From the NCBI RefSeq assembly GCF_009914755.1, contig NC_060925.1: a stretch of 64,000 bases of DNA, one strand, 5' to 3'. How positions within the stretch are numbered: position 1 is the first letter of the stretch; the number at the start of each line of letters is the position of its first letter. Below the pieces are notes generated by a model. The model did not search any database and was not told the DNA's origin. It was given only the letters and a program-made list of their open reading frames with translations. This DNA is from the human T2T-CHM13v2.0 reference genome, Homo sapiens. Of this stretch, positions 43,610-54,834 are shown one piece after another. The position numbers were made by a program, and so were the translations under genes.

Positions 43610-45145
43610 TAAAACAAAGGAAGTTGGAATAGAGAAGAACCTTCCCTTTTCTTAGGCGGTGGTGGTGTGAGCAGCAGGGAGCCTCTGGAGGGTGGCATTG
43701 CCACTGGGAAGGGGTCAGACCAGAGCTGAGCTCTGGGGGCACAAACATGAAGGAAGTGATTCACGCCTGTATGGCATTCACAATCCTCTGGGTAGAGAAG
43801 ACAAGTTAAAAAGATAAAGGACAGTGAGTTATGTTCTAGAGCAAACAAATGTCCCTGGAGCTATGGGAAACTGAAGAAAGGGGACCTACCACAGACTAGG
43901 ACAGGATAGGGGTCATGCAGGCTGTGGGAGGAGGTGACACCTGAACAAAGCCTGGAAGGACGGGTGGGAGTTAGCAGTGGAGGCAGCATATGCAGAGGCT
44001 AAGTTGTGAGAATATGACAGGTTAGGTCATCTCAAGGGGTTTTAATGGAGGGCCGGTCTGTGTGTTTGGTGCACTAGTGAAGGATAAGCCAGCTCAGAAT
44101 CCTGGGTGCTAAATCATTTGTCCTCATGTCAGATGTCTGTGGTGCATGCTGAACTTTGCTCCCTAGGGTGAGTCACTGCATGTGGCTGTGCATTCCACCA
44201 TGCTGGCCTGTCCCCCTTGGCAAGTGGTCCTGTGCAGGTATGAAATGCAGGTGCTGTCACAAAAAGTACAGCCTTTTTTGAGGAGGTAGTTTCTAAAAGA
44301 GGATAATAAAGTCATGCTAACCATACACACAATTGCTTGGATTTTTGACTCCCTAAGGATGTACATTTTGAGGAGAAAGTGGTATTTCATGCCTCAAATG
44401 CCATTAATAATAACAACTTATATTTAAGCATTTGCTATGCAATATCTCATTTACTATCACCATAACCTATGAGGTAGGTAGTGGTATTTCTTTCTTCATA
44501 GAGTTGAGGAGACAGACACTTAAATTACACGGCTTGTCCAAAGTTAGCCACCAGGAAGAGATGGAGCCCAGGTTCTAACCCACTTTAATCACAGAGAAAC
44601 CCAGACAGATTCTACAAGTTTGATTCTTTTTATTAGACCAGACCTCAGATACTATCAATTAAAAAGTCTCCTGGTTCCCTGGCCACAGATGTAATGTTTT
44701 ATATGGAAAGAACTGATGGCTACTACTTCTAGGATATTTTTCTTCTCAAAGAACATATTAGAGCAGATGCAGAGGTTTATTCAGTATAATTGCTTTCTAG
44801 TACAAGGAGTCAGGAACTAGAAGAATATGTTATATAAATCCAGGGTAAAGGAGAAATTTGAATGTGAAGACCAATTATTTTTATCCCAAAGCGACTTCCG
44901 GGAAAAGTTTATAGAGTTGATAAAGATGCTGGCTTTGTCTGAAAACTCCACTTCTTATTAAATGTTATTAGCTTATTACTGGAATTTCAGACCATTTGCT
45001 TAATTAGACCTTTACATTAACTCAATCATTGACATATTAGAGACTCTGACATTTGTTGAGGTTATCACTTTGACTGTGTTCGTGCTGTCTTTATGGAATT
45101 AGAGGGTGGTAAAGGCTACATTCTTCTTTCATCTCTCTCTTAAAG

Positions 45146-45412
45146 AAATTGACAGCCCAGCAAACCTGGTGACTGACCGGGTGACTGAGAATACCGCCAC
45201 CATCTCCTGGGACCCGGTACAGGCCACCATTGACAAGTACGTGGTGCGCTACACCTCTGCTGACGACCAAGAGACCAGAGAGGTTCTGGTGGGGAAGGAG
45301 CAGAGCAGCACTGTCCTGACAGGCCTGAGGCCAGGTGTGGAGTACACAGTGCATGTCTGGGCCCAGAAGGGGGACCGAGAGAGCAAGAAGGCTGACACCA
45401 ACGCCCCGACAG
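45146..45412 (+). CDS. TNN: TNN exon 8: FN3 domain 4
   Basis: taaag|AAATTGAC acceptor; EIDSPANLVTDRVTENTATISWDP...GLRPGVEYTVHV; ACAG|gtaaca donor. 267 nt. Confidence 0.95.
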
Positions 45413-46060
45413 GTAACAAAAGAGAGATGGTCAATTGGAATTGAGTTTTAGCTTGTGGATTTGAATAGGTATGGTATCAAAGGATGTGGCCTGAGCAGAA
45501 AGACTTTGCAATTAGAAGTCTTAAAGATGAAAGAAAGACTGAGCTCTCGTGGTGATGGCGGTGGGCTGCTCTTTCCTGACAGTGATGAGCTGTTCATGAG
45601 ACCACTTGGCCCACTGAAAGAGAGAAGTAAAGTCTTATAGTAACAATGCTTTTAGCAGAAGATGGGTACAGGATCTGGTCATTGCAGTGCTTGTGATAAT
45701 ATTTTTAGAGTGCTCATCAGTGAAGTAGCCCTTGATAAAATGTTATGTTAGGAACCCTAAATGTCATGGCAGCTGTTTAATTGGAGGTTGTGATGTGCCA
45801 TATGCTGCTGAGAAGACATCGTTCCTCCAACATTTTAGGGAACTGAAAGCCAAGAAAGAATGCCTCATTTATAATGATTCCTCCTTTGAAGTTCAGAACC
45901 AAGGGCTACTTTCTCCTTAGACTCCCAGCGGAGACTCAGGATGAGAATGCCATTGCCTTGTTCTAAAAGAGCTCTGGAAGATGAAAATGATGAAGATGGG
46001 GGTAAGGATATGTCTTCCATGGCTTCAGAGCTTAAACCTTTCCAAACATTTTCCTTCCAG

Positions 46061-46324
46061 ATATTGACAGCCCCAAAAACCTGGTGACTGACCGGGTGAC
46101 AGAGAATATGGCCACGGTCTCCTGGGACCCGGTGCAGGCCGCCATTGACAAGTACGTGGTGCGCTACACCTCCGCTGGTGGAGAGACCAGGGAGGTTCCG
46201 GTGGGGAAGGAGCAGAGCAGCACAGTCCTGACAGGCCTGAGACCGGGTATGGAGTACATGGTGCACGTGTGGGCCCAGAAGGGGGACCAGGAGAGCAAGA
46301 AGGCCGACACCAAGGCCCAGACAG
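46061..46324 (+). CDS. TNN: TNN exon 9: FN3 domain 5
   Basis: ttccag|ATATTGAC acceptor; DIDSPKNLVTDRVTENMATVSWDP...GLRPGMEYMVHV; ACAG|gtaagg donor. 264 nt. Confidence 0.96.
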
Positions 46325-47044
46325 GTAAGGAGTGTGCATTATTGCTGTGCCGATGCCATGCTCAGGGTCTGTCTACATGGGGTTTTCTTCTCTGACCTTG
46401 GCATAAAGGGGGACTTTATGGAAGAGCAGGTTGGTATCCTCCCATAATACATTGTGTCCCCCTCACTTCCTTTTACTGGCCTCTCTTAGAATGCCTAAGT
46501 GGTGGTCTCCAAACTCTGGTCTTTAAAGATGGCTGATCACTGCACATAGTTCTTTGTTCTTTCTTTGCCTGAGTACCTTTGTCATTAACACACTAACTGC
46601 TTCTCCTTGACAAGGAGTAAATATTAAGAAGTAACTATCATGCTGAGGGAGCCAGACTTAGGGATTGTGATCAATCCCTTAAAAAAAATTCCTCACCTGT
46701 TTAAACCCTTTGCAAGCTTGTTTGTTTTTGTTCCTGCCATCTGAATGAATGTTTTAGGCAGAAATAATAACAGTGTTTCCATTAGCTAAAAATAAAATAT
46801 CTAGTCATTTTTAGTCCCCCAGATGTAATTATGTCTATTTTCATGTAATAGTCCCTACTTCCCTACATGAAATCTTCTCCTCTCTCTCGACTTGGGCCAC
46901 CTGTGGGCCAGCTGCCTGCTCCAGGCAGGGGACATGCACAATTTCTCTTGTATTTTCTGCTGTGTACCTCAAGCACTGCTCTTCTAGCTTGCTGTATGCA
47001 GTTTCTCACCCATTTATCTTTGGCGTTGCTGGGAGAGGTAAACT

Positions 47045-47415
47045 GATGAGAGGTGAGGGGTGAGGACGGGCAGAAGTGAAGGGTCAGGAAGGAGGAGAGG
47101 TGAAGGGTCAAGGGGAAGGAGAGGTGAGGGGTCAGGAGGAGAAGAGGTAAGGGGTCAGAGGAGGAGAAGTGAGGGGTCAGTAAGGAGGAAAGGTGAGGGG
47201 TCAGGAAGAGGAGAGATGAGGCATCAGGAGGAGGACAAGTGAGGGGTTGGGAAGAGGAGAGGTGAGGCGTCAGTAAGAGGAGAGGTAAGGGTCCTGGAAG
47301 AGGAGAGATGAGGGCTCAGGAGGAGGAGAGGTGAGGGGTCAGGAGGAGGAGAGGTGAGGGGTCAGGAGGAGGAGAGGTGAGGGGTCAGGAGGAAGCGAAG
47401 TGAAGGGTCAAGAGA
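47045..47415 (+). repeat. Purine-rich 23-bp minisatellite, about 16 degenerate copies of AGGAGGAGGAGAGGTGAGGGGTC
   Basis: Exact adjacent copies at 47341-47363 and 47364-47386; variants upstream. Confidence 0.92.
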
Positions 47416-47894
47416 GAATAGAGCCCAGGGGTTAGGGAGGAGGGAGCTGGGGGTCGTGGAAAGTCATGCTTGACTGTAACAGGTGTTTGGGCCTGCCCTG
47501 GAGCCTGACGAGTGCTAAAGCTGACTCGGTCATGAAGCACTTCTGTGCTCCTCTTCTACTTGGGTCTCTCACTGTAGGCAAATGCCTGTCTTCCACTGGT
47601 CTCTTACTCCCCTTCCTCTGCCAATACATCAGGGGTTCCCCCAGCGCCTCTCTGGTGGGGTTGCCTTGCCCCTCTAGGTGGTCCTCTTGGACAGCTTCCC
47701 AGGCCTACCTTGCTGTGCTAGGCCCAAGTCTGGTCCATGGAGAACCTGCATGCATCCTTTGTCCATTCAACCAGATGCACAGCTCTTTTGCAATGCTACA
47801 GCCTGTCTTTGCTCTGTGTCAGAGCAACCAGCTATTTTCTTATCTCTTAGATATTTTAGCATATGTCAGACACCAGCCCGTATGATTCCCCAAG

Positions 47895-48082
47895 CTTTGG
47901 GCTTTCTCACCCTTGGCACTATTGCTATCTTGGGGTGGATAATTCTTTGCTGCAGAGGTCTATCTTGTGCATTGTAAGATGTTTAGCAGCATCCCTGATG
48001 TCTCCCCCTATCCCACACTGAGTTGTGACAACCAAAAGTGTCTCCAGACATTGCTGACTGCCCCTGGTTGAGAACTGCTGCT
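47895..48082. mobile_element. MER20 hAT MITE
   Basis: ttctcacccttggcactattg...ggataattctttg...gatgtttagcagcatccctg...gtctccagacattgc...ggttgagaactgctg. Confidence 0.8.
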
Positions 48083-48804
48083 CTAGGGTATGCAAAACAA
48101 AGTCTGTAAGGGATTCCATTGAAAACTGCTTATTCAAGGCTTGGGCCTCACCCATGGGACTCACAGTGTATCTTTTTCCAAATAAATCCCTTCTTCAAGT
48201 CCCACCTCACTGGCTTCTCCAATGTCTTTTATAGGGCGAAAATGATTGGTCAGCCAAGGGTCACAAAACTGTTGTTGATCTTGCCTTGACTGTGGTTCCT
48301 CAGGTTGGAATGTAGATATCCATTTTCTTGGGGTTACAGCCTAAAGCAACATGTGTAATAGGACGTATGAGCAAGTGACTTTGGGAAAACGGCTTTTGCA
48401 ATGAATTATTTAGGACAAAGAAATGCTAGTTTTTTTTTTTGGTGAATGTATTTTTAAGTATCTTCTATGTATGTGGTATGGAGGAACATAATTTCTTGTA
48501 TTTATAATGTATCAACAAACTGGTGTTAATAATGATAGCTTATGGTCATTGGGCATCTACTCAGTGCTAAGAACTCATAATAGACATTTGTTTCTTTTTT
48601 AAAAAAATTGATACATAATAATATACATATTTATAGGTACATGTGATGTTCTAATACATGCATGCAATGTGTGATGATCAAATCAGGGTAATCAGGATAT
48701 CCATCAGCTCAACATTTGGCATTTCTTTGAGTTAGAAACATGTCAAATCTTCTCTTCTAGCTATTTTGAAATGTACAATAAATCATTGTTAACTGTAGTC
48801 ATCC

Positions 48805-50594
48805 TGTGTCCGGAATTGGTGGGTTCTTGGTCTCACTGACTTCAAGAATGAAGCTGCGGACCCTCGCGGTGAGTGTTACAGCTCTTAAGGTGGCGCATCT
48901 GGAGTCTGTCCCTTGTGATGTTCAGATGTGTTCGGAGTTTCTTCCTTCTGGTGGGTTCGTGGTCTCTGGTCTCGCTGGATCAGGAGTGAAGCTGCAGACC
49001 TTCGCGGTGAGTGTTACAGCTCTTAAGGCAGCGCGTCTGGAGTTGTTGGTTCCTCCCGGTGGGCTCGTGGTCTCGCTGGGCTCAGGAGTGAAGCTGCAGA
49101 TCTTCGCGGTGTTACAGCTCATAAAAGCAGCGTGGACCCAAAGAGTGAGCAGTAGCAAGATTTATTGCAAAGAGCGAAAGAACAAAGCTTCCACAGTGTG
49201 GAAGGGGACCCGAGAAGGTTGCCAATGCTGGCTCGGGCAGCCTGCTTTTATTGTCTTTTCTGGCCCCACCCACATCCTGCTGATTGGTAGAGCCGAGTGG
49301 CCTGTTTTGTCAGGGCGCTGATTGGTGCGTTTACAATCCCTGAGCTAGATACAAAGGTTCTCCACGTCCCCATCAGATTAGTTAGATACAGAGTTTCTAC
49401 ACACAGGTTCTCCAGGGCCCCACCAGAGCAGCTAGATACAGAGTGTCGATTGGTGCACTCACAAACCTTGAGCTAAACACAGGGTGCTGATTGGGGTATT
49501 TACAATCCCTGAGCTAGACATAAAGGTTCACCAAGGCCCCACCAGAGCAGCTAGATACACAGTGTCGATTGGTGCACTCACAAACCTTGAGCTAAACAGA
49601 GGGTGCTGATTGGTGTATTTACAAACCTTGAGCTAGATACAGAGTGCCGATTGATGTATTAACAATCCTTGAGCTAGACATAAAGGTCCTCCACGTCCTC
49701 ATCAGAGCAGCTAGATACAGAGTGTCGATTGGTGCACTCACAAACCTTGAGCTAAACACAGGGTGCTGGTTGGGGTATTTACAATCCCTGAGCTAGACAT
49801 AAAAGTTCTCCAAGGCCCCACCAGAGCAGCTAGATACAGAGTGTTGATTGGTGCACTCACAAACCTTGAGCTAGACACAGGGTGCTGATTGGTGTGTTTA
49901 CAATCCCTGAGCTAGATATAAAGACTCTCCACGTCCCCACCAGACTCAGGAGCCCAGCTGGCTTCACCCAGTGGATCCCGCACTGGGGCTGCAGGTGGAG
50001 CTGTCTGCCAGTCCCGCGCCATGAACTTGTACTCCTCAGCCCTTGGGTAGTCGACGGGACTGGGTGCCATGGAGCAGGGGATGGTATTCGTCGGGGAGGC
50101 TCGGGCTGCACAGGAACCCACAGAGGTTGGGGAAGGCTTAGGCATGGCGGGCTGCAGGTCCCGAGTCCTGCCCGGCGGGAAGGCAGCTAAGGCTCGGCGA
50201 GAAATCGAGCGCAGTGCCGGTGGGCTGGCACTGCTGGGGGACCCAGTACACCCTCCGCAGCTGCTGGCCCGGGTGCTAAGCCCCTCACTGCCCGGGGCCA
50301 GCAGGGCTGGCCGGCTGCTCTGAGTGCGGGGCCCTCCAAGCCCATGCCCACCTAGAACTCCAGCTGGCCCGCAAGCACCATGCGCAGCCCTGGTTCCCAC
50401 TCGCGCCTCTCCCTCCACACCTCCCCGCAAGCTGAGGGAGTGGGCTCCAGCCTTGGCCAGCCCAGAAAGGGGCTCCCACAGTGTAGTGGTGGACTGAAGG
50501 GCTCCTCAAATGCTGCCAAAGTGGGAGCCCAGGCAGAGGAGGTGCCAAGAGCAAGTGAGGGCTCTGAGGACTGCCAGCATGCTGTCACCTCTCA
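48805..50594 (-). mobile_element. 3' LTR (LTR12-type, 1790 bp)
   Basis: Minus strand reads TGAGAGGTGACAGC...CCAATTCCGGACACA; U3 tandem CCAAT/GATA repeats about 49320-49920; AATAAA boxes at 49246-49252 and about 49160-49166. Confidence 0.95.
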
Positions 50595-50607
50595 ATCCCC
50601 CCTCTAA
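50595..50607 (-). promoter_or_regulatory. Polypurine tract of provirus
   Basis: Minus strand TTAGAGGGGGGAT directly abutting the 3' LTR. Confidence 0.85.
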
Positions 50608-50609
50608 AC

Positions 50610-51290
50610 AGGACACCCCAACTGCTGTTGGCAATTTGGCCGATGACCACTCTAGCTACTTCCTGCTGGATGGGGCAAAGAAGGGGCCCTGCAGTTGCGG
50701 TGTCCTTCAGAGGGGAACTCTCTAGGCCAGGGGAAGTGCCAGTGGGTTGATCCAGGGGTCCTCGGTAGAAGTTGTTAGTTGAACTCTTTTGGGGTTCCAT
50801 TTGTAAGACCATCTGTAGCTTGATGGCCTCGATTCTAGAGGAAACAAATTTGACAAGAAGGTTAAAAATACAGGGCCCAAAGGCGAGTAACAGCAAGATG
50901 GCTGCCACAGGACCTAGAAAGGGGAGAAGCCATGTTGCCTAACTCCAGAAGTTGGTATAAGAATTTGAAAGGCGTTGTCTGATTTCAGAAGCCTTTTCCT
51001 GTAAACTCCGGGCAGCATCTCATACTATCCCCGACTGGTTAGTGTAAAAACAACATTCTTCCCCTAAGAAGGTGTAGTGTCCTCCTTTTTCAGCAGTGAG
51101 GAGGTCTAGGCCTCTGCAGTTTTGGAGAGTCACTGCTGCCAAAGAGTCTATTTGGGATTGTAAAGTAAGGATAGATTTCATTATTTCTTGCAAACTGTCT
51201 GAGAGGCAGATATGGGTTGAAGATCCACATAAGTAGAATATGCCTTGGCTGGGTAGATAGAAATTTACCCTGGCTTTTAAAGGAATGGGA
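50610..51290 (-). pseudogene. env remnant (TM subunit) with stops
   Basis: [22 protein letters not shown] immunosuppressive-domain motif, EECCFY, transmembrane segment and FGPCIFNLLVKFVSSRIEAIKLQMVLQMEP tail (ORF 50585..50908); in-frame stops present. Confidence 0.88.
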
Positions 51291-51639
51291 TATGCTGTTT
51301 TTTTCTTTACTACTTCTATCTCTCTCTTTCTCTCTTCGACTTCTTCTTTGTCTTTTCCTTTCTTCTTAACTTTTTTTTTGACTTTCTGTGTCTGTCCCTC
51401 TTTCTGACTCCTTTTTTTTGTCTCTGTTTCTGACTACCTCTTTGACTTTCTGTCTCTTTGTCTCTTCCTCTCTCTGTCTCTTTCTCTGACTTTCTCTTTC
51501 TCTCTTTTCTTCTTGCTGGTCTTTCCCTACCTCTGCCAGCCGCTTATGCTGCTGTTCTCCTCTCTCCTTCCCATTTTGATGGCTTTGTCAGTGTAAGATT
51601 CCTACCTCTTTGTGTTTTTTTGCATTACGTGACTGTGCG

Positions 51640-52066
51640 GGCATTTTTTTGCCCTTCTAAATTGTCCTTCCAATGCCCAGACTTCAGTGTTGATTCCCTC
51701 CTCAAGTAGGGGACAACAAATGGGTAACTTGTTCCCCATATTTATGTAGATAATAGCTCCAGCCTTGGCTAATATATCCCTCCCTAATAAGGGTGTGGGA
51801 CTTTCAGACATAACAAGAAAGCCATGTGAAAAGAGCAAAGTCTCCCAATTACAACTGAGGAGGTGGGAGAAATACCTGATTACAGGCTGTCCCAGGATTC
51901 CTCGGATGGTAACAGACCTTGAGGACAGTTGTCTAGGACAGGAGATTAACACTGAGAAGGCCGCGCCAGTATCCAGGAGGAAGTCAATTTCCTGGCCCTC
52001 AATAGTTAAACATACCCAGGGCTCAGTGAGGGTGATGACATGAGCTGGTGCTTGCCCCGGGCACCC
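51640..52066 (-). pseudogene. Retroviral protease and start of pol, truncated by a large pol deletion near 51640
   Basis: In frame after the gag stop: ...IDFLLDTGAAFSVL...PLLGRDILAK; then an abrupt switch to RNaseH-end-like text. No RT motifs are present. Confidence 0.88.
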
Positions 52067-53527
52067 TCAGTCCTGTTGTTGGATCATCTGGTTGGGGGCT
52101 TCTAACCCAGGGAACCTTCATCCTCTGGGGCAGTGCACCTTCCAGTGATTGCCTCGGCATAGTGGACACGGATGAGGGGGCAGCTTGTTTCTTATTGGAC
52201 AATCTTTTTTAAAGTGTCCTAGTAAACCGCACTGATAACAAGCCGTACCAGGTGATTGGCCTGCTCCATTTTCTGACCTCTCTGAACCACCAAGGTTTGT
52301 TTGTCTGAGGGCCATGACTAAGGCTGCGGCCTTTCTCTGATCTCGCTTTTCCTTTTGGGCCTGTTCCTCTTGGTCCCTATTATAGAACACCAAGGTTGCC
52401 AGGTTTAATAATGTCTCTAGATTTTGTTCAGGGCTCAGGGCTTGCTTTTGGAGCTTTCTCCTGATATCTGTGGCTGATTGGGTAATAAACTTATCTTTTA
52501 GAATCAATTGACCCTCGAGTGATTCGGGTGACAGGGGAGTATATTTTCTTAAGGCCTCTTGTAGCCGCTCGAGGAAGGCAGAAGGATTTTCTTCCTTTCC
52601 CTGGGTTATGGTGGATATCATTGAATAATTCATGGGCTTTTTCCCAATTCTCCTTAGTCCTTCCAGAACACAGATCAACAGATGTTTACGACTCCAGTCC
52701 CCATGATCTGAGTCAAAGTCCCAGTGGGGATCCATACTGGGGATGGCTTGCTGACCAGTAGGGAAGTTGTCCCTTTCTTCGGCTGTCATTCTTTCATTTA
52801 CTTGACTAGGATACCAGGTATCTCCAAACTCTCAGGCTGCAGCTAAAGCCGCATTCTTTTCATTAAAGGCCAGGGTTTGATCTAACAGTAGCATGACGTC
52901 TCTCCAAGTGAGGTCAAAGGTTTGCCCTAGACCCTGTAGGACATCTATGTACCTATCAGGATCATCTGAAAACTTCCCCAGGTCTGCCTTGATCTGCTTT
53001 AAATCAGAGAGGGAGAAGGGGACATGCACCCGGGTTGGGCCAAATTCCCCTCCCCCTACAGCTTGAAGGGGACATAACCGATAGCCCGGGGGTTTTTGTG
53101 GACCTTTGGAGATTTCTTTGCTTATTTCCTTCTGGGCAGGGGAGATTAGAGGAGGAGTATCATCAATAGGAAGGGAAGCTATAGGGAGGCTAGGATATGG
53201 GGGTAAGCTGAGGGGTCCTCCTGTGGGATGTAAATTGCAAGCTTTGCATAGTTGTGTATTCTCCCTCAATGAAAAGAAAGCTTGGACATAAGGTATTTCA
53301 CTCCATTTGCCTTCCCTCTTACAGAAAAGATCAAGCTGCAGGATAGTATTGTAATTTGTGCTTCCCTCAGGTGGCCATTTTTCCCCATCAGAAAGAGAAT
53401 ATTGGGGCCAAGCCGTAGTGCAGGAAAAAATGAGCCTCCTCTTTTTCAGGGTTTGTGGGTCAAATTGGTCCCAATGGCTTAGGATGCATTTCAAGGGTGA
53501 ACCTGTTGATGCCTGAGTGTTTCCCAT
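52067..53527 (-). pseudogene. HERV9 gag, single frame with two premature TGA stops (52832-52834, 52118-52120)
   Basis: MGNTQAS myristoylation-type start at 53527, LPPY motif, MHR QGKEENPSAFLERLQEAL, zinc knuckle CYQCGLLGHFKKDC, native end QQQD* at 52067-52069. Confidence 0.92.
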
Positions 53528-54813
53528 ATGAAAGACAAAACCGCCCACAGTTTTGGTTTGTTTTGTTTCTCTCCCTGCCCAAGGACCTGCAATGGTCCTG
53601 GGACCCTGCTGATCAGAATAGTTGCATTCACCAATGCAGCAGCAGAAACAACCCCTGCCCAAGAACCTGCAACGGTCCCTGGACCCTGCTGACTTGAATA
53701 GTTGCGCTCACCGACGCAGCAGCAGAAACACTAGTTTTCCTCCCAGACCACATGGAGGACCGAGGAAGGTCGGATTTAGTGGTCCTTACTGACGCATTCT
53801 CGAAAACCTGCACCCTTGCCTGTCCTCCTAGACCACAAGGAGGACCGACTGAGAAAAATCAGATTTAGTGGCCCTTACTGACGCATTCTCAAAAACCTGT
53901 TAGAGTCCTAAGCATTCTCCTGTTAGTATTGGGACTTTACCCCATCCTATAAAGATGTTATGCCACAAAAATGAAATGGAGGGCCATACCCTGAGGGAGG
54001 GAGGGGATCTTCAGGGTTGGAAGAGTGACACCTTTTGTTCTCACTTATATGAATAGGAAGGATACAATTTCTGAGGCTCCCCATATCCTAGCTTCAGGAA
54101 TAACTTTTGTTAGGCCTGTTAGTCTGAGGAGGGATCCTAAAATTCCAGGTAGTCCCCACTACGATGGGGCCTTGGGCAAAAACTGTGTCTTTCTGATTGG
54201 TGAGCCCGGGTGCCTAAAGAAGGTAACAGAGTCCTGGAGTTTATACTAGAAATCATTCTTATAGGAGAAACTAGAAAAGCACCAGAGACAGGTAGCAATT
54301 TTTAGAAGCGGGTCTAGCCTCAGAGAAGAGAGGCGAGAGGAAGTTTGTCTGGCAGGCATTAGGACCCAGAGGGCAAGGGTCAGGATAGATAGGATAGATA
54401 GGCGAGTGTCGCTTGGGCGACATGCTTTTGAGAGTTCCACTCATGGCCGCAGGGTCAACCAACATGTTGTCGGGACCCCGGAGATGCATGGCTTTCCTCA
54501 CTGTCAACCCACGGCTCAGCCCAGAAGTACAGGAAAAGCGGAAGCTGGTTCTAGGCAAACCAACGGTCCCAACTCCAAAGAGTTGGGGGTTGTTAGAGAG
54601 CCCTTTCCCAGAAAGCTTGACACCCGTGTCTTTAGTCCGGCGGCCCGCTAGTCACTTTTAAATGGCTGACAGATGCCCGGTATTTAGCCCCCGAATTCTA
54701 AAGAAAGATAGGACAGAATAGCAAGTGAAAGGGGTCCGATGGTACTCACTGCTTGGCGATTGGGAAAGGTCTCACCGCTCGGCTATTGTCTCACCGCTTG
54801 GCGATATGCGAAA

Positions 54814-54831
54814 GTCCCTTCGTGGTCGCCA
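54814..54831 (-). promoter_or_regulatory. Primer binding site, tRNA-Arg
   Basis: Minus strand TGGCGACCACGAAGGGAC, 3 nt from the 5' LTR; ERV9 is known to be Arg-primed. Confidence 0.9.
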
Positions 54832-54834
54832 AAA

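Noticed and set aside
49320-49920. Regularly spaced repeats resembling a CRISPR-like array (also 55440-56080)
   Set aside because: These are the known U3 tandem enhancer repeats of ERV9/LTR12. The 'spacers' are themselves repeated and there are no cas genes.
48806-50607. Several 100-170 aa ORFs in the LTRs (duplicated at 54725-56752)
   Set aside because: Incidental ORFs of GC-rich LTR12 sequence, not genes.
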